Below, piece after piece: positions 8,599-17,783 of a DNA stretch of 64,000 nucleotides. Location: contig CAIQON010000108.1 of assembly GCA_903873475.1 (NCBI GenBank), positions 1,064 through 65,063 of the forward strand, written 5' to 3'. Position 1 is the first letter of the stretch. Every line of letters begins with the position of its first letter. A program made the position numbers and the translations under genes. The notes beneath the pieces were generated by a model. It was not told where the DNA came from. It was given only the letters and a program-made list of their open reading frames with translations, and searched no databases. The stretch is from an uncultured bacterium (GTDB lineage Bacteria; Pseudomonadota; Gammaproteobacteria; Burkholderiales; CAIKXV01).

Positions 8599-10035
8599 TC
8601 ACCGGCCCGACAGCAACTGCATCAACCGGGTAACGCCACCGGCCGTGGCAAGCCCCTGCACTTCCGCCTGCAGCGCATCGACGCGCGCCGCATCGAATCG
8701 CCGCGCCAGTTCCGCCCGGAACCGCGCGACATGGTCGTCCATCGTGAACGGCCGCGACACGCTGCCCTTCGGTGCATCGATGAAGCGCTCGACCACCTTG
8801 CCGTTCTTCAACTGGAACGTGACCTTCGCGCCCACCGACTGCTCGGTGCTGACCCGCTCCGCGTCGTCGTCGAGCTCGCACGATACCCGCGACGAGATCG
8901 CCATCACCGACGGATCGGCGAGCGTGGTCTCGAAGTCGTCGATGTTCAGCGTGAAGCCTTCGGGCACGGCGCGGCCCTGCTTGAGCACCATCGCCATGCA
9001 GAACGGCAGGCTCATCTGCGCCGCCTGGATGTCCCTTGGCTCGTTCACGGTCAGCCGTCCCTGGATCACCTTCGGGATGCCGACGCGGATGGTGTCGATA
9101 TCCTCGATGGTCAGGCCGTGCTCGGTGCACAGCGATGCGGTGGCCTCGATCGCCGACAGCACGCGCGCGCTGCTCGCATGCGGCTTGATCGCGACCTCGA
9201 GCAGCCGCCACTGTTCGCCCAGGCCGGACAGGCCCTTGTCGAAGTCGTGGCCGTCGGCATAGGCGCGCGCGAAGCCGTCCTTGCCTTCGAGGATGTCCGC
9301 CGGGCCGGAGAAACCGGCGGCGGCCAGCAGCGCGGCATGCACGCCCTCGCCCGCTGCATGCGCGGCATGGATGCGCTTGACCGTCGAGCCGGAGTGGTAG
9401 AACTGGGTCAGGCCGCCGCTGAACGAGGCGACCAGGCCGAGCGTCTCGGCGATGCGCTCGGCGCGATCGGGCCCTTCGAACATCAGGCACGCGGCCGCGG
9501 TCGCCGCGCCGAAGCCGCCGCAGGTGGCGGTACTCTGGAAGCCTCGCCTGAAGTGCGAGGGCTGCAGCGACAGGCCGATGCGGATCATGTTCTCGTAGCC
9601 AGCCGCGATCGCGGCCAGGATGCGCTCGCCCGACGCACCGCGCGCCTCGCCCACCGCCAGCGCGGCCGAGATCACGATACAGCCCGGATGCAGCATCGAG
9701 CCGACATGCACGTCGTCGGCGTCGATGCTGCCGGAGAAGGTCGTATTGACGAAGGTCGCGCGCTCCGGGTCGGTACGGTCGGTCGAGAACAGGATCGTCG
9801 ACTGGCCGTTGCCACCGAGCTCGGCGGCGAGCTTCACCGCCCAGCCGCTCCACGGCATGCGCTGGCCGAGCGAGGCGACACGCAGGTAGTCGAGCAGGAA
9901 GAGGGTGAGGTGTTCGCGCACCACCGGCGGCAGGGCCTCGTACGTGAGCCCTGCGGCGAACGTGGCGAAGCGGCGGGTGACGGCATCGTTCCCGGGCATA
10001 GCGGCACCCGGCGCGGCGGGCTGCGGCTGCATCAT
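8599..10035 (-). CDS. MmgE/PrpD-family protein (2-methylcitrate dehydratase-like)
   Basis: Length and sequence (...FAAGLTYEALPPVVREH..., ...HPGCIVISAALAVGE...) are typical of MmgE/PrpD. ATG at 10035 shares 1 nt with the upstream Bug stop (TGATG). Confidence 0.85.
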   Translation of the reverse strand: MMQPQPAAPGAAMPGNDAVTRRFATFAAGLTYEALPPVVREHLTLFLLDYLRVASLGQRMPWSGWAVKLAAELGGNGQSTILFSTDRTDPERATFVNTTFSGSIDADDVHVGSMLHPGCIVISAALAVGEARGASGERILAAIAAGYENMIRIGLSLQPSHFRRGFQSTATCGGFGAATAAACLMFEGPDRAERIAETLGLVASFSGGLTQFYHSGSTVKRIHAAHAAGEGVHAALLAAAGFSGPADILEGKDGFARAYADGHDFDKGLSGLGEQWRLLEVAIKPHASSARVLSAIEATASLCTEHGLTIEDIDTIRVGIPKVIQGRLTVNEPRDIQAAQMSLPFCMAMVLKQGRAVPEGFTLNIDDFETTLADPSVMAISSRVSCELDDDAERVSTEQSVGAKVTFQLKNGKVVERFIDAPKGSVSRPFTMDDHVARFRAELARRFDAARVDALQAEVQGLATAGGVTRLMQLLSGR

Positions 10036-11024
10036 CAGTTGTTCTCCTTGACGCCGGCTGCGGCGATGACCTTGCCCCACTTGTCGTAGTCGGCCTTGTG
10101 GTATGCGGCCAGCGTGGCTGGCGTGCCACCGGCGGGTGCTGCGCCTTCGAGCGCCAGCGCCTTGCGGAACTCCTCGGTGACCAGCGCGCGGTTGGCGGCC
10201 TTGTTCAGCACCTCGACGATCGCGCCCGGCAGGCCGGCCGGGCCATACAGGCCCCACCACTGGCTCGACTCGAAGCCCGGGATGCCGGCCTCGGCGATGG
10301 TCGGCAGTTCCCTGGCCACCGCGATGCGCTGTGCGCTGGTCACCGCCAGCGCACCCAGCCGCCCGGCACGCACCTGCGAGGCCACGCTCGGGAACGCGGC
10401 GAACAGCACCGACACGTTGCCCGCGACGGTATCGATCGTCGCCGGTGCCGCTCCCTTGTACGGTACGTGCAGCATCTTCACGCCTGCGCCCTGCGCGAAC
10501 AGCTCGCCGGTCAGGTGGCTCAGCGTGCCGTGGCCGTTCGACGCGTAGGCGAGCGCATCCGGCCGCTTCTTCGCCAGCGCGATCAGGTCGCGCACGGTCT
10601 TTGCCGGCACCGACGGGTGCACCGCCAGCACGTTCGGCGCATGGCCGACCAGAACGATGGGCGCGAACGCCTTCAGCACGTCGAACGGCGCCTTGCCACC
10701 GAGGTGCGGGTTGATCGACAGCACGCTGGAGGAGGCGAACAGCAGGTTGTAGCCATCGGCCGGCGCGCGCGCGATGTTGTCCGCACCGATGTTGCCGCCG
10801 GCGCCACCGCGGTTGTCGACGACCACTTGTTGGCCCACTGCCTCAGACAACCGGGTCGCGAAATGACGCGCGACGATGTCGGCGGCACCACCCGGGGGAA
10901 AGGGCACGACCATGCGCATCGGCTTGTCGGGGAATCCCTGGCCGTGCACCGGCGTGGTCAGGCACGCGGCGAGCGCCAGCGCGAACGGAACAGAGACGAA
11001 CGGAACCTTCGATTGCAGCGACAC
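10035..11024 (-). CDS. Bug/TctC-family substrate-binding protein
   Basis: Signal peptide plus GFPDKPMRMVVPFPPGGAADI. GTG start preceded by GAAGGAAG. Confidence 0.9.
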   Translation of the reverse strand: MSLQSKVPFVSVPFALALAACLTTPVHGQGFPDKPMRMVVPFPPGGAADIVARHFATRLSEAVGQQVVVDNRGGAGGNIGADNIARAPADGYNLLFASSSVLSINPHLGGKAPFDVLKAFAPIVLVGHAPNVLAVHPSVPAKTVRDLIALAKKRPDALAYASNGHGTLSHLTGELFAQGAGVKMLHVPYKGAAPATIDTVAGNVSVLFAAFPSVASQVRAGRLGALAVTSAQRIAVARELPTIAEAGIPGFESSQWWGLYGPAGLPGAIVEVLNKAANRALVTEEFRKALALEGAAPAGGTPATLAAYHKADYDKWGKVIAAAGVKENN

Positions 11025-11055
11025 GTTGCTTCCTTCGACTTCAGGGACGACGATT

Positions 11056-11562
11056 TCAGTGGCTGTGGCCGGACGGCGGCTTGCCGTCGGTCCGCGGTTG
11101 CTGGACCTGGACGACCACGTCGTGCTCGCCGGCGCGCTCGAACTTCAGGCGTACCGTGAAGCGGTCGCCGTTCTTCAGCGGCGCCTTCAGGCCGATCAGC
11201 ATCAGGTGGATCTCGCCGCCATGGCGGACCTTCAGGTCGGCACCGGGGGGCAGGTCTATCGCGGCGAGCGGACGCATCCGCATCACGTTGTCGACGATGG
11301 TGCTGCTGTGCAGTTCCATCGACTCGGCCACCGTCGTGGTTGCCGAAAGCAGCCGGTCGGCCTCGCGTCCGGTGTTCTTCAGCGTGCGGAAGTACACCGC
11401 GCCAGTACGTGCGCCGCCGGGCGTCGGCGGTGCATACGGATGGTCGATCACGAGCGCGCCGGCACGGAAGCCGTGCGCGACCGCGGACCGCGCCGCGATC
11501 AGGCCGCTGGCCAGCAGGGCCGCCGGTGCCAGCAGCGCGATCGCCCGTCGGCGCGCCTGCAT
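11056..11562 (-). CDS. Periplasmic copper chaperone PCu(A)C (DUF461)
   Basis: Signal peptide, then MELH-x10-M...H-L-M methionine/histidine Cu(I) motif and ...GDRFTVRLKFERAG.... ATG at 11562 overlaps the upstream stop by 1 nt. The 381-aa track ORF is an over-extension. Confidence 0.8.
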   Translation of the reverse strand: MQARRRAIALLAPAALLASGLIAARSAVAHGFRAGALVIDHPYAPPTPGGARTGAVYFRTLKNTGREADRLLSATTTVAESMELHSSTIVDNVMRMRPLAAIDLPPGADLKVRHGGEIHLMLIGLKAPLKNGDRFTVRLKFERAGEHDVVVQVQQPRTDGKPPSGHSH

Positions 11563-12263
11563 CAACCGAGGTGCTTCCGGAAGAAGTCGACCGACAGCGC
11601 CAGCGCACGGTCGGCTTCTTCCTTGCGGTACGGCTTGCCGCCATGGCGCGCGAAGGCGTGGTCGGCTTCGGGATACTTGTGGATCGTCACCAGCGGATTG
11701 GGCGACAGCCGGCGTTCGAGCATCTCGTTGACCTCGGCCTGCACCCAGCGGTCCTTCATCGCCATGTGAAGCATGAACGGCCGGTGCAGGTTCGGCGCCT
11801 CGCGGATGTTGTGCTCGATGTAGGTGCCGTAGTAGGCGACTGCGCAGTCGATGTCGGTGCGGCAGCACATCAGGTAGCAGAGCTTGCCGCCCAGGCAGTA
11901 GCCGACGCTGCCGATCTTGCCGGTGCCACCGGGCACGGTGCGCAGCCACTGCATCGTGTCCTCCATGTCGCGCACGCCGAGGTCGTAGTCGAAGTCGTAG
12001 TAGAGGTCGAAGGCCTTCTGTCCGTCGGCCGGGTTGCGGTCGGACAGTTCGACCCCCGGCTCCTGGCGCCAGAACAGGTCGGGCACGAGGCAGATGTACC
12101 CGGCCTCGGCGAACTCCTGCGCATGCTTGCGCATGGTGTCGTTCACGCCCCAGATTTCCATGATCGCGATGATCGCGCCGGCGGGCTCGCGGTCGGGCCA
12201 CGCAATGTGCGCGCCCATCTCGCCGTCGCGCAGTTTCAGCTTGATGTCTTCGGTCCTGGCCAT
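11562..12263 (-). CDS. Dienelactone hydrolase family protein
   Basis: ...AIIAIMEIWGVNDTMRKHAQEFAEAGYICLVPDLFWR... and GSVGYCLGG nucleophile motif (Cys type). ATG at 12263. Confidence 0.8.
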   Translation of the reverse strand: MARTEDIKLKLRDGEMGAHIAWPDREPAGAIIAIMEIWGVNDTMRKHAQEFAEAGYICLVPDLFWRQEPGVELSDRNPADGQKAFDLYYDFDYDLGVRDMEDTMQWLRTVPGGTGKIGSVGYCLGGKLCYLMCCRTDIDCAVAYYGTYIEHNIREAPNLHRPFMLHMAMKDRWVQAEVNEMLERRLSPNPLVTIHKYPEADHAFARHGGKPYRKEEADRALALSVDFFRKHLG

Positions 12264-12553
12264 TGCGTCGGGCTCCGGATATGCATGGGAAGGCGAGAGT
12301 AATCCAACGCCGGAATTCGTACCGGGCCGGGCTGCCGTTCGTCGGAGGCTGTACACCCCGGACGCGCCAGCCGCGTTGATGGATGCGTAGGGTCAGGAAG
12401 GACGCCAGCGGCGTGGCCGGTTCCCGACTGACAAGTGTTTCGAGACTGTAACCGCGGCAATGTCCGCTTGCATTACTGACGGCTGCGGACGCTGGACCAG
12501 ACTACGCTTGCTGCATTCAGGACCCCTGCCATCCGAGGGTCCGAGGAGGAAAG

Positions 12554-13066
12554 ATGTCTTCACGATCCATCATGTCATCGAGCCCGGGCCGCGCGGCAAT
12601 CGCCGCCTCGCTGCTGGCTGCAGCCGCACTGGCGATACCTGCGCCGGCGATGGCCGACCGTGGGGGACACCGCGGCCATGGCTACGGTCATGGCCATGGT
12701 GGCGGCCACCACTGGAACGGCGGCCCGCGCATCGGCGTGTATGTGCCGGCACCGGTCTACCGGCCGCACTACTATGCCCCGCCGCGCGTGTACTACGCGC
12801 CGCCGCCGGTGTACCACGCACCCCGCCTGATCCATTCGGCGCCGCTCGTGTACGTACCGCCGGTCGTCTATTCATCGCGCAACCATGCGCCGCCGGTCTA
12901 TGTCGAACGCAACGACCTCGGCGCGGCCCCTCCGGCACCCGCTCCCGCAGCAGACACCGCGTTCTGGTTCTTCTGCGCCGATTCCAACACCTACTATCCC
13001 TACGTGACCCAGTGCGCGACGCCCTGGGAACGGGTGGTACCCACGCCGCCTTCGGCGGGGCGCTGA
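12554..13066 (+). CDS. Secreted His/Gly- and Pro/Tyr-rich protein with conserved Cys-containing C-terminal motif
   Basis: RBS GAGGAGGA. Signal peptide ...AIPAPAMA. HRGHGYGHGHGGGHHW tract, PxYY repeats, and C-terminal FWFFCADSNTYYPYVTQCATPWERV. Confidence 0.6.
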   Translation: MSSRSIMSSSPGRAAIAASLLAAAALAIPAPAMADRGGHRGHGYGHGHGGGHHWNGGPRIGVYVPAPVYRPHYYAPPRVYYAPPPVYHAPRLIHSAPLVYVPPVVYSSRNHAPPVYVERNDLGAAPPAPAPAADTAFWFFCADSNTYYPYVTQCATPWERVVPTPPSAGR

Positions 13067-13089
13067 TCCAGCGGATGCCGGAGACACTG

Positions 13090-13536
13090 ATGACCTTTCG
13101 TTCCGTTTGTTCCCAAGCGGCGGCGCTGGCGCTCGCCGTCGGCGCAGTGCTGTGCCTGTCGACCGGGCCGGCGCAGGCGCATGGTGGCTATCGCGGCCAT
13201 GGCGGCTTCGGCGGCCCCCGGGTCGGCGTCTATTTCGGCGCGCCGATCGTGCCGTTCTACTACGGCCCGCGCTACTACTATCCGCCGCCCGCCTACTACT
13301 ACGACTACCCGCCGGTGGTCAGGGTCGTGCCGGCGCCGCCGGTCGTGTATGTCGAGCGCGGCGATGCGCAGGCGCCCGCGCCCGACTACGTGCCGGCACC
13401 GTCGGCGCAACCCCAGCCCGCGCAGGGGCCGGAGTGGTTCTTCTGCAACGATTCCAACACCTACTACCCGTACGTGCGCGAATGCGCGTCGCCCTGGCAG
13501 CGCGTGCCGGCGCAGCCGTCGACGGCTCCGCGGTAA
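13090..13536 (+). CDS. Paralog of the preceding secreted Pro/Tyr-rich protein
   Basis: Signal peptide ...GPAQA. HGGYRGHGGFGG tract, YYYPPPAYYYDYPP, and C-terminal EWFFCNDSNTYYPYVRECASPWQRV. ATG at 13090 after GGAGA (alternative ATG 13075). Confidence 0.6.
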   Translation: MTFRSVCSQAAALALAVGAVLCLSTGPAQAHGGYRGHGGFGGPRVGVYFGAPIVPFYYGPRYYYPPPAYYYDYPPVVRVVPAPPVVYVERGDAQAPAPDYVPAPSAQPQPAQGPEWFFCNDSNTYYPYVRECASPWQRVPAQPSTAPR

Positions 13537-13552
13537 CCGCAGGAGACATGCC

Positions 13553-14155
13553 ATGAGACCTGCCTTGATCCCCCTGCGCCGTGTGCGCACCGGCGCGCTG
13601 GCCGCAGCCCTGCTGGCGCTCGGCGGCTGCGTGTCGATCCCCACCGGGCCGAGCGTGGCGACCTTCCCCGGCACCGGGCGCAGCTTCGACCAGTTCCGCG
13701 CCGACGAGGCCGACTGTCGACGTCATGCATCCGATTCCATCGGCGGCAGCGATCCGTCGCGGGCGCAGGCCAGCAGTGCGGTCACCAGCGCCGCGGTCGG
13801 CACGGCAGTGGGGGCGCTGGCCGGAGCCGCACTCGGTGGCAGCCAGGGTGCGGCCGCCGGGGCTGGCATCGGACTGCTGTTCGGTGGCGCAGCCGGCGCA
13901 GAGGCGGCGAACACCTCCGGCCACGCCACCCAGCGGCGCTACGACAACGCGTTCGTGCAGTGCATGTATGCGAAGGGCAACAAGGTACCGTCCACCGGGC
14001 TGTCGCGCAGTGCACCCCCCCTGGCGGCCGTCCGGCCACCGGCCCCTGCCGTGTACGCGCCACCACCACCACCACCACCGAAGGCGGGCTTCTACGGGCC
14101 GCCCGCCGGTTACGATCCGCGCTATCCGCCACCGCCGCCGCCTGCCCGGTACTGA
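13553..14155 (+). CDS. Lipoprotein with glycine-zipper segment and poly-proline tail
   Basis: RBS AGGAGA. Lipobox LALGGC. GTAVGALAGAALGGSQGAAAGAGIGLLFGGAAGA glycine zipper. (CCA)6CCG run at 14060-14080 encodes P7, with a second PPPPPP near the C-terminus. Confidence 0.6.
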   Translation: MRPALIPLRRVRTGALAAALLALGGCVSIPTGPSVATFPGTGRSFDQFRADEADCRRHASDSIGGSDPSRAQASSAVTSAAVGTAVGALAGAALGGSQGAAAGAGIGLLFGGAAGAEAANTSGHATQRRYDNAFVQCMYAKGNKVPSTGLSRSAPPLAAVRPPAPAVYAPPPPPPPKAGFYGPPAGYDPRYPPPPPPARY

Positions 14156-14200
14156 GCACAGGCGCAACGCGCGACGCACCACCGGCAAGACACGCTCAGG

Positions 14201-15553
14201 TCACGGCTGCGCGCCCTGGCGCAGTGCCTCCAGCAGCGGCGCCATCGACGACCACTGTTCGCAATGGTCGACCGCATGCTCGACGGCAGCCACGCCATCG
14301 GGGGCAAGCACCAGGCCGGCCAGCTCACGGAACTTCTCGCGTACCGGCAACTCGTCCAGCGCCTGTCCGGCGCGCCGGTCGTCCTGCACGGACCGCACAT
14401 CCCGACGACCGTCCTTCAGGACCAGCGTCACCCTGGCCGGCTTCGAACCCGGCAGCAGCGCGGTCATGGCCGGATCCTCGACCACGCTCACGCGCTGGCG
14501 CAGGGCCGAGAGTACCGGGTCGCGCACTGCGGCATCGGTGAACGACGCATATCCCAGGTGCCCGTTCACCGCCAGGGCGGCTGCCGCATGCGGCAGCGAA
14601 TAGCGCGCGCCGAAATGCCCCGGGGGGTTGCACACGCCGAGTCCGGCCGCGAAGTCGTAGGTCTCGACCGCGATGTGCTCGATCTCGTCGGGCCTGGGCT
14701 GCAGCGCCGCCAGCGCATCGCCGAGCGCGTCGAGCGCCGGGTAGATGGGATTGCAGCAGGCCCGCAGCCGGAACAGCACCTGTGCGATCTCCCAGCGCGA
14801 TCCGAGCCCGTCGAACACCGGCGTATCGTCGAAGCCGACCGACAGCAGTTCGGTCATCGCCTGCTCGATCGCATCGTCCTGCGCGGTAAAGCCGGCAAGT
14901 ACGAGTTCCGGCGCGGTCACCGCCGCCATCGCGGACATGCCTCCGACCGAATTCAGCGTGGTCGCACCGGCCACCACGTTGCCGTATCCCGCGGTCACCA
15001 TCAGGTTGCCGCCGATGCGGATGGCCGTACCCGTCGCCGTCGCGTCGAACCCGCGCAGGCGCGCACCCGCGGCGATCGCACCGAGCATGCCCGCCTGGCC
15101 CAGCGGATGCGCCAGCGGCCGGCGGGTGGTCGCCGCGCCGAGCCGGATCGCCACGTCGTAGCCAGCGACCAGCGCCTCCAGCAGGTCGCGTCCGTTGCAG
15201 CCGGCCCGCTCGGCTACGGCCAGCGCCCCGGGCACGATCTGGATCGCGGCCTGGCAGGACACCTTGCCATGGGTTTCGCACATCTCGATCGCGCGACCGG
15301 CAACCCCGTTCAGGAAGGCCGCACGGCCTGGATCGTTGATCGCCCAGCCGCGCGCCAGCACGGTGGCGCCGCTGCCCGCACCAGCAGACAGGCCTGCGCG
15401 CAACCGGGCCACCTCGGGTTGCTCGGAACCACCGAGGATCACCCCGAGCGTGTCGAGCAGGACCAGGCGCGCCAGCCGCTGCACCGCGGCAGGCAATTCG
15501 TCCCAGCGGGTGTGCACCACCATCGCCGCCAGTGCATCGATCGTTCTGCTCAT
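14201..15553 (-). CDS. MmgE/PrpD-family protein
   Basis: 450 aa with typical MmgE/PrpD N-terminus (...ALAAMVVHTRWDELPAAVQRLARLVLLDTLGV...). ATG preceded by AAGGAG. Confidence 0.85.
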   Translation of the reverse strand: MSRTIDALAAMVVHTRWDELPAAVQRLARLVLLDTLGVILGGSEQPEVARLRAGLSAGAGSGATVLARGWAINDPGRAAFLNGVAGRAIEMCETHGKVSCQAAIQIVPGALAVAERAGCNGRDLLEALVAGYDVAIRLGAATTRRPLAHPLGQAGMLGAIAAGARLRGFDATATGTAIRIGGNLMVTAGYGNVVAGATTLNSVGGMSAMAAVTAPELVLAGFTAQDDAIEQAMTELLSVGFDDTPVFDGLGSRWEIAQVLFRLRACCNPIYPALDALGDALAALQPRPDEIEHIAVETYDFAAGLGVCNPPGHFGARYSLPHAAAALAVNGHLGYASFTDAAVRDPVLSALRQRVSVVEDPAMTALLPGSKPARVTLVLKDGRRDVRSVQDDRRAGQALDELPVREKFRELAGLVLAPDGVAAVEHAVDHCEQWSSMAPLLEALRQGAQP

Positions 15554-15564
15554 CGTCGTCTCCT

Positions 15565-16458
15565 TCAGTCGAAGCCGTACAGCCGGCGCGGATTGTCGAC
15601 CAGGATCCGGCGCCGCATCGCTTCATCGGGCGCCCACTCGCCCAGCATGTCGGCGAGGTCGCCATCGTCGGGCATCTTCGAGCGCGCGCTCGGATGCGGC
15701 CAGTCGGACCCCCACACCACGCGGTCAGGTGCGACCTCGATCATCGCGCGCGCGAACGGCACGAGGTCGGGATAGTACGGCACCGCGTCCGACACGAAGT
15801 ACGGACCCATCAGCTTGGCCCACACGTTGTCGCGCGCGAGCAGTCGCAGCAGCGCACGAAAGGCCGGCGACTGCAGACCCTCGGCCGTCGAGATGCGCGC
15901 GAAATGATCGATCACGACGTCGATGTCGAGTGTCTCCAGCGCCTGCTCGATCTGCGGCATCGCGCGCAGGTCGAGGTAGAACTGCAGGTGCCAGCCGAGT
16001 GGCCGGATACGCTCGGCCAGCCGCGGTGCATCCTCGATGCGCAGACCCGGCGTGGCCGATGCGGTGTTGATGCGGATGCCGCGGAAACCCAGTGCGTGCA
16101 TCCGCTCGAGTTCGCGGTCGTCGATATCCGCCGACACCACGGCCACTGCGCGCAGGTCGAACGTGCCCGATTGCAGGGCCTCTTCGATCAGCGTGTTGTC
16201 GGTGCCGTAGACGCTCGGCTGCACCAGCACGCCGCGCTCGCAGCCGAGGGTGCGCAGCATCTGCACATAGGCAGGCAGCGGCGTCTCGTGCGGCACGAAA
16301 TGCGTCTTCGGCAGCAGGCGGTAGCGCGACTGCGGGCCGAACACATGGGCATGGCAGTCGCAGGAGCCGGGCGGGAACGCGCGACTGGGCGCATGCGGCG
16401 CCGCCGCAGGCGGCGGGATGTCGGGTGTTCGTATCGTCGCGTCGGTCATCGCAGTCAT
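15565..16458 (-). CDS. Amidohydrolase-2 family protein (LigI/2-pyrone-4,6-dicarboxylate lactonase-like)
   Basis: ...GSCDCHAHVFGP...YRLLP... metal-binding start and ...VVWGSDWPHP... end motif typical of PF04909-type hydrolases. Start ATG at 16458 or 16449 (the track start 16509 is less likely). Confidence 0.8.
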   Translation of the reverse strand: MTAMTDATIRTPDIPPPAAAPHAPSRAFPPGSCDCHAHVFGPQSRYRLLPKTHFVPHETPLPAYVQMLRTLGCERGVLVQPSVYGTDNTLIEEALQSGTFDLRAVAVVSADIDDRELERMHALGFRGIRINTASATPGLRIEDAPRLAERIRPLGWHLQFYLDLRAMPQIEQALETLDIDVVIDHFARISTAEGLQSPAFRALLRLLARDNVWAKLMGPYFVSDAVPYYPDLVPFARAMIEVAPDRVVWGSDWPHPSARSKMPDDGDLADMLGEWAPDEAMRRRILVDNPRRLYGFD

Positions 16459-16507
16459 TTCCAGGGTTACCCTTGCGACGGACGATATCACTCCGGGAGC
16501 ATCCCCC

Positions 16508-16912
16508 ATGCAAGTCGACGGCCAGTGTCATTGCGGCCACATCCGCTACGAGGCAGAAGCCGACCCGACGAAGGTCGCGATCTGCCACTGCACCGACTGC
16601 CAGGTGCTGACGGGTTCGCCGTACCGCGTGTCGGTCGTGGTGCCGGCATCCGACTTCCGGCTGCTCGCTGGCGAGCCGACCATTTACATGAAGACCGCCG
16701 AGAGCGGCAACCGGCGTGCGCATGCGTTCTGCCCGGTCTGCGGCACGCCGGTGTACGCCCGGCCGGACAGCGATTCGCCGCAGACCTTCACCCTGCGCAT
16801 CGGCGGACTGGCGCAACGCGCAAGCCTGCCGCCGCGGCGGCGGATCTGGTGCCGCTCGGCCGTCGACTGGTCGATCGACATCGGCGCGCTGCCGGCGGCG
16901 GCGCAGCAATGA
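16508..16912 (+). CDS. GFA-family (glutathione-dependent formaldehyde-activating/CENP-V-like) zinc protein
   Basis: Cys clusters CHCGHIRY...CHCTDCQ...FCPVCGTP. ATG at 16508 after GGGAG. Confidence 0.8.
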   Translation: MQVDGQCHCGHIRYEAEADPTKVAICHCTDCQVLTGSPYRVSVVVPASDFRLLAGEPTIYMKTAESGNRRAHAFCPVCGTPVYARPDSDSPQTFTLRIGGLAQRASLPPRRRIWCRSAVDWSIDIGALPAAAQQ

Positions 16913-17057
16913 TGCAGGCCGCGCACACTGCCCGGAACGTCGTGGCGGCCGTCAGATTGTTCCGCGCCGAATCGGGTAGCTGGCGATCCCGTCGTTCCAC
17001 GGCGGCACGCTTTTGGGTAGATTGACGCACTCTGGAACCCAGCAGGGCGACCCCGTC

Positions 17058-17753
17058 ATGTCCGAACGTATCCTCGTCATCAACCCGAACAGCACGCATG
17101 CGGTCACCGAGCAGATGAGCGCAGCCGTATCGGCCATGCGCCTGCCGGGCGGCCCGCAGATCACCTGCGAGACGCTGCACGAAGGCCCACCCGGTGTCGA
17201 GACGCAGGCACAGGTCGATGCGAGCACCGGGCTGCTGCTCGACTGGCTGGCACGGCGTCCCGAGATGGCCGCAAGCGATGCCATCATCATCGGCTGCTTC
17301 TCCGACCCGGGCCTTCACGCGCTGCGCGAGGTGTACCGCCAGCCGGTGCTGGGCATTGGCGAGTCGGGCTTCAACACCGCCTCGGCACTGGCCGAGCGCT
17401 TCGCATCCATCGCGATCGTCGCCGGATCGCTCACCCGCCACCGGCGCAAGATCCGCGCGATGGGCTTCGAACACCGCTACTGCGGTGGCCTTGCGGTCGA
17501 CATGGGCGTGACCGCCCTGGCGGACGTGCAGCGCACCCGGGAACGGCTCGAAGGCGTCGGCCGGCGGCTGCGCGACGAGATGGGTGCGCAGGCGATCGTC
17601 CTCGGCTGCGCGGGTTTCTCCATGCACCGAGAGGGGCTGGAACAGGTGCTTGGCGTGCCGGTGGTCGAACCTACCCAGGCTGCCGTCGCGCTCGCCCTCG
17701 GGCAGGTGCTGTCGCGGCGCGCGCTGGCCGAGCCGAGCCGCGCCGCGGCCTGA
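17058..17753 (+). CDS. Asp/Glu/hydantoin racemase family protein
   Basis: MSERILVINPNST..., ...AIIIGCFSDPGL... and ...IVLGCAGF... with the paired catalytic Cys segments of this family. Confidence 0.8.
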   Translation: MSERILVINPNSTHAVTEQMSAAVSAMRLPGGPQITCETLHEGPPGVETQAQVDASTGLLLDWLARRPEMAASDAIIIGCFSDPGLHALREVYRQPVLGIGESGFNTASALAERFASIAIVAGSLTRHRRKIRAMGFEHRYCGGLAVDMGVTALADVQRTRERLEGVGRRLRDEMGAQAIVLGCAGFSMHREGLEQVLGVPVVEPTQAAVALALGQVLSRRALAEPSRAAA

Positions 17754-17783
17754 AGAAGACCCGCCTGTCCGCGCCCTGCCGGC

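Noticed and set aside
11056-12201. 381-aa ORF suggesting a large PCu(A)C fusion
   Set aside because: Only the C-terminal 168 aa (from ATG 11562, with a signal peptide) look like PCu(A)C. The upstream part is an alternative-frame shadow of the dienelactone hydrolase gene.
12264-12553. Possible riboswitch or structured 5' leader (hairpin GGACCC-N11-GGGTCC just upstream of the RBS at about 12520-12545)
   Set aside because: It is only a 6-bp stem. I recognised no conserved riboswitch core, and it could arise by chance in GC-rich DNA.
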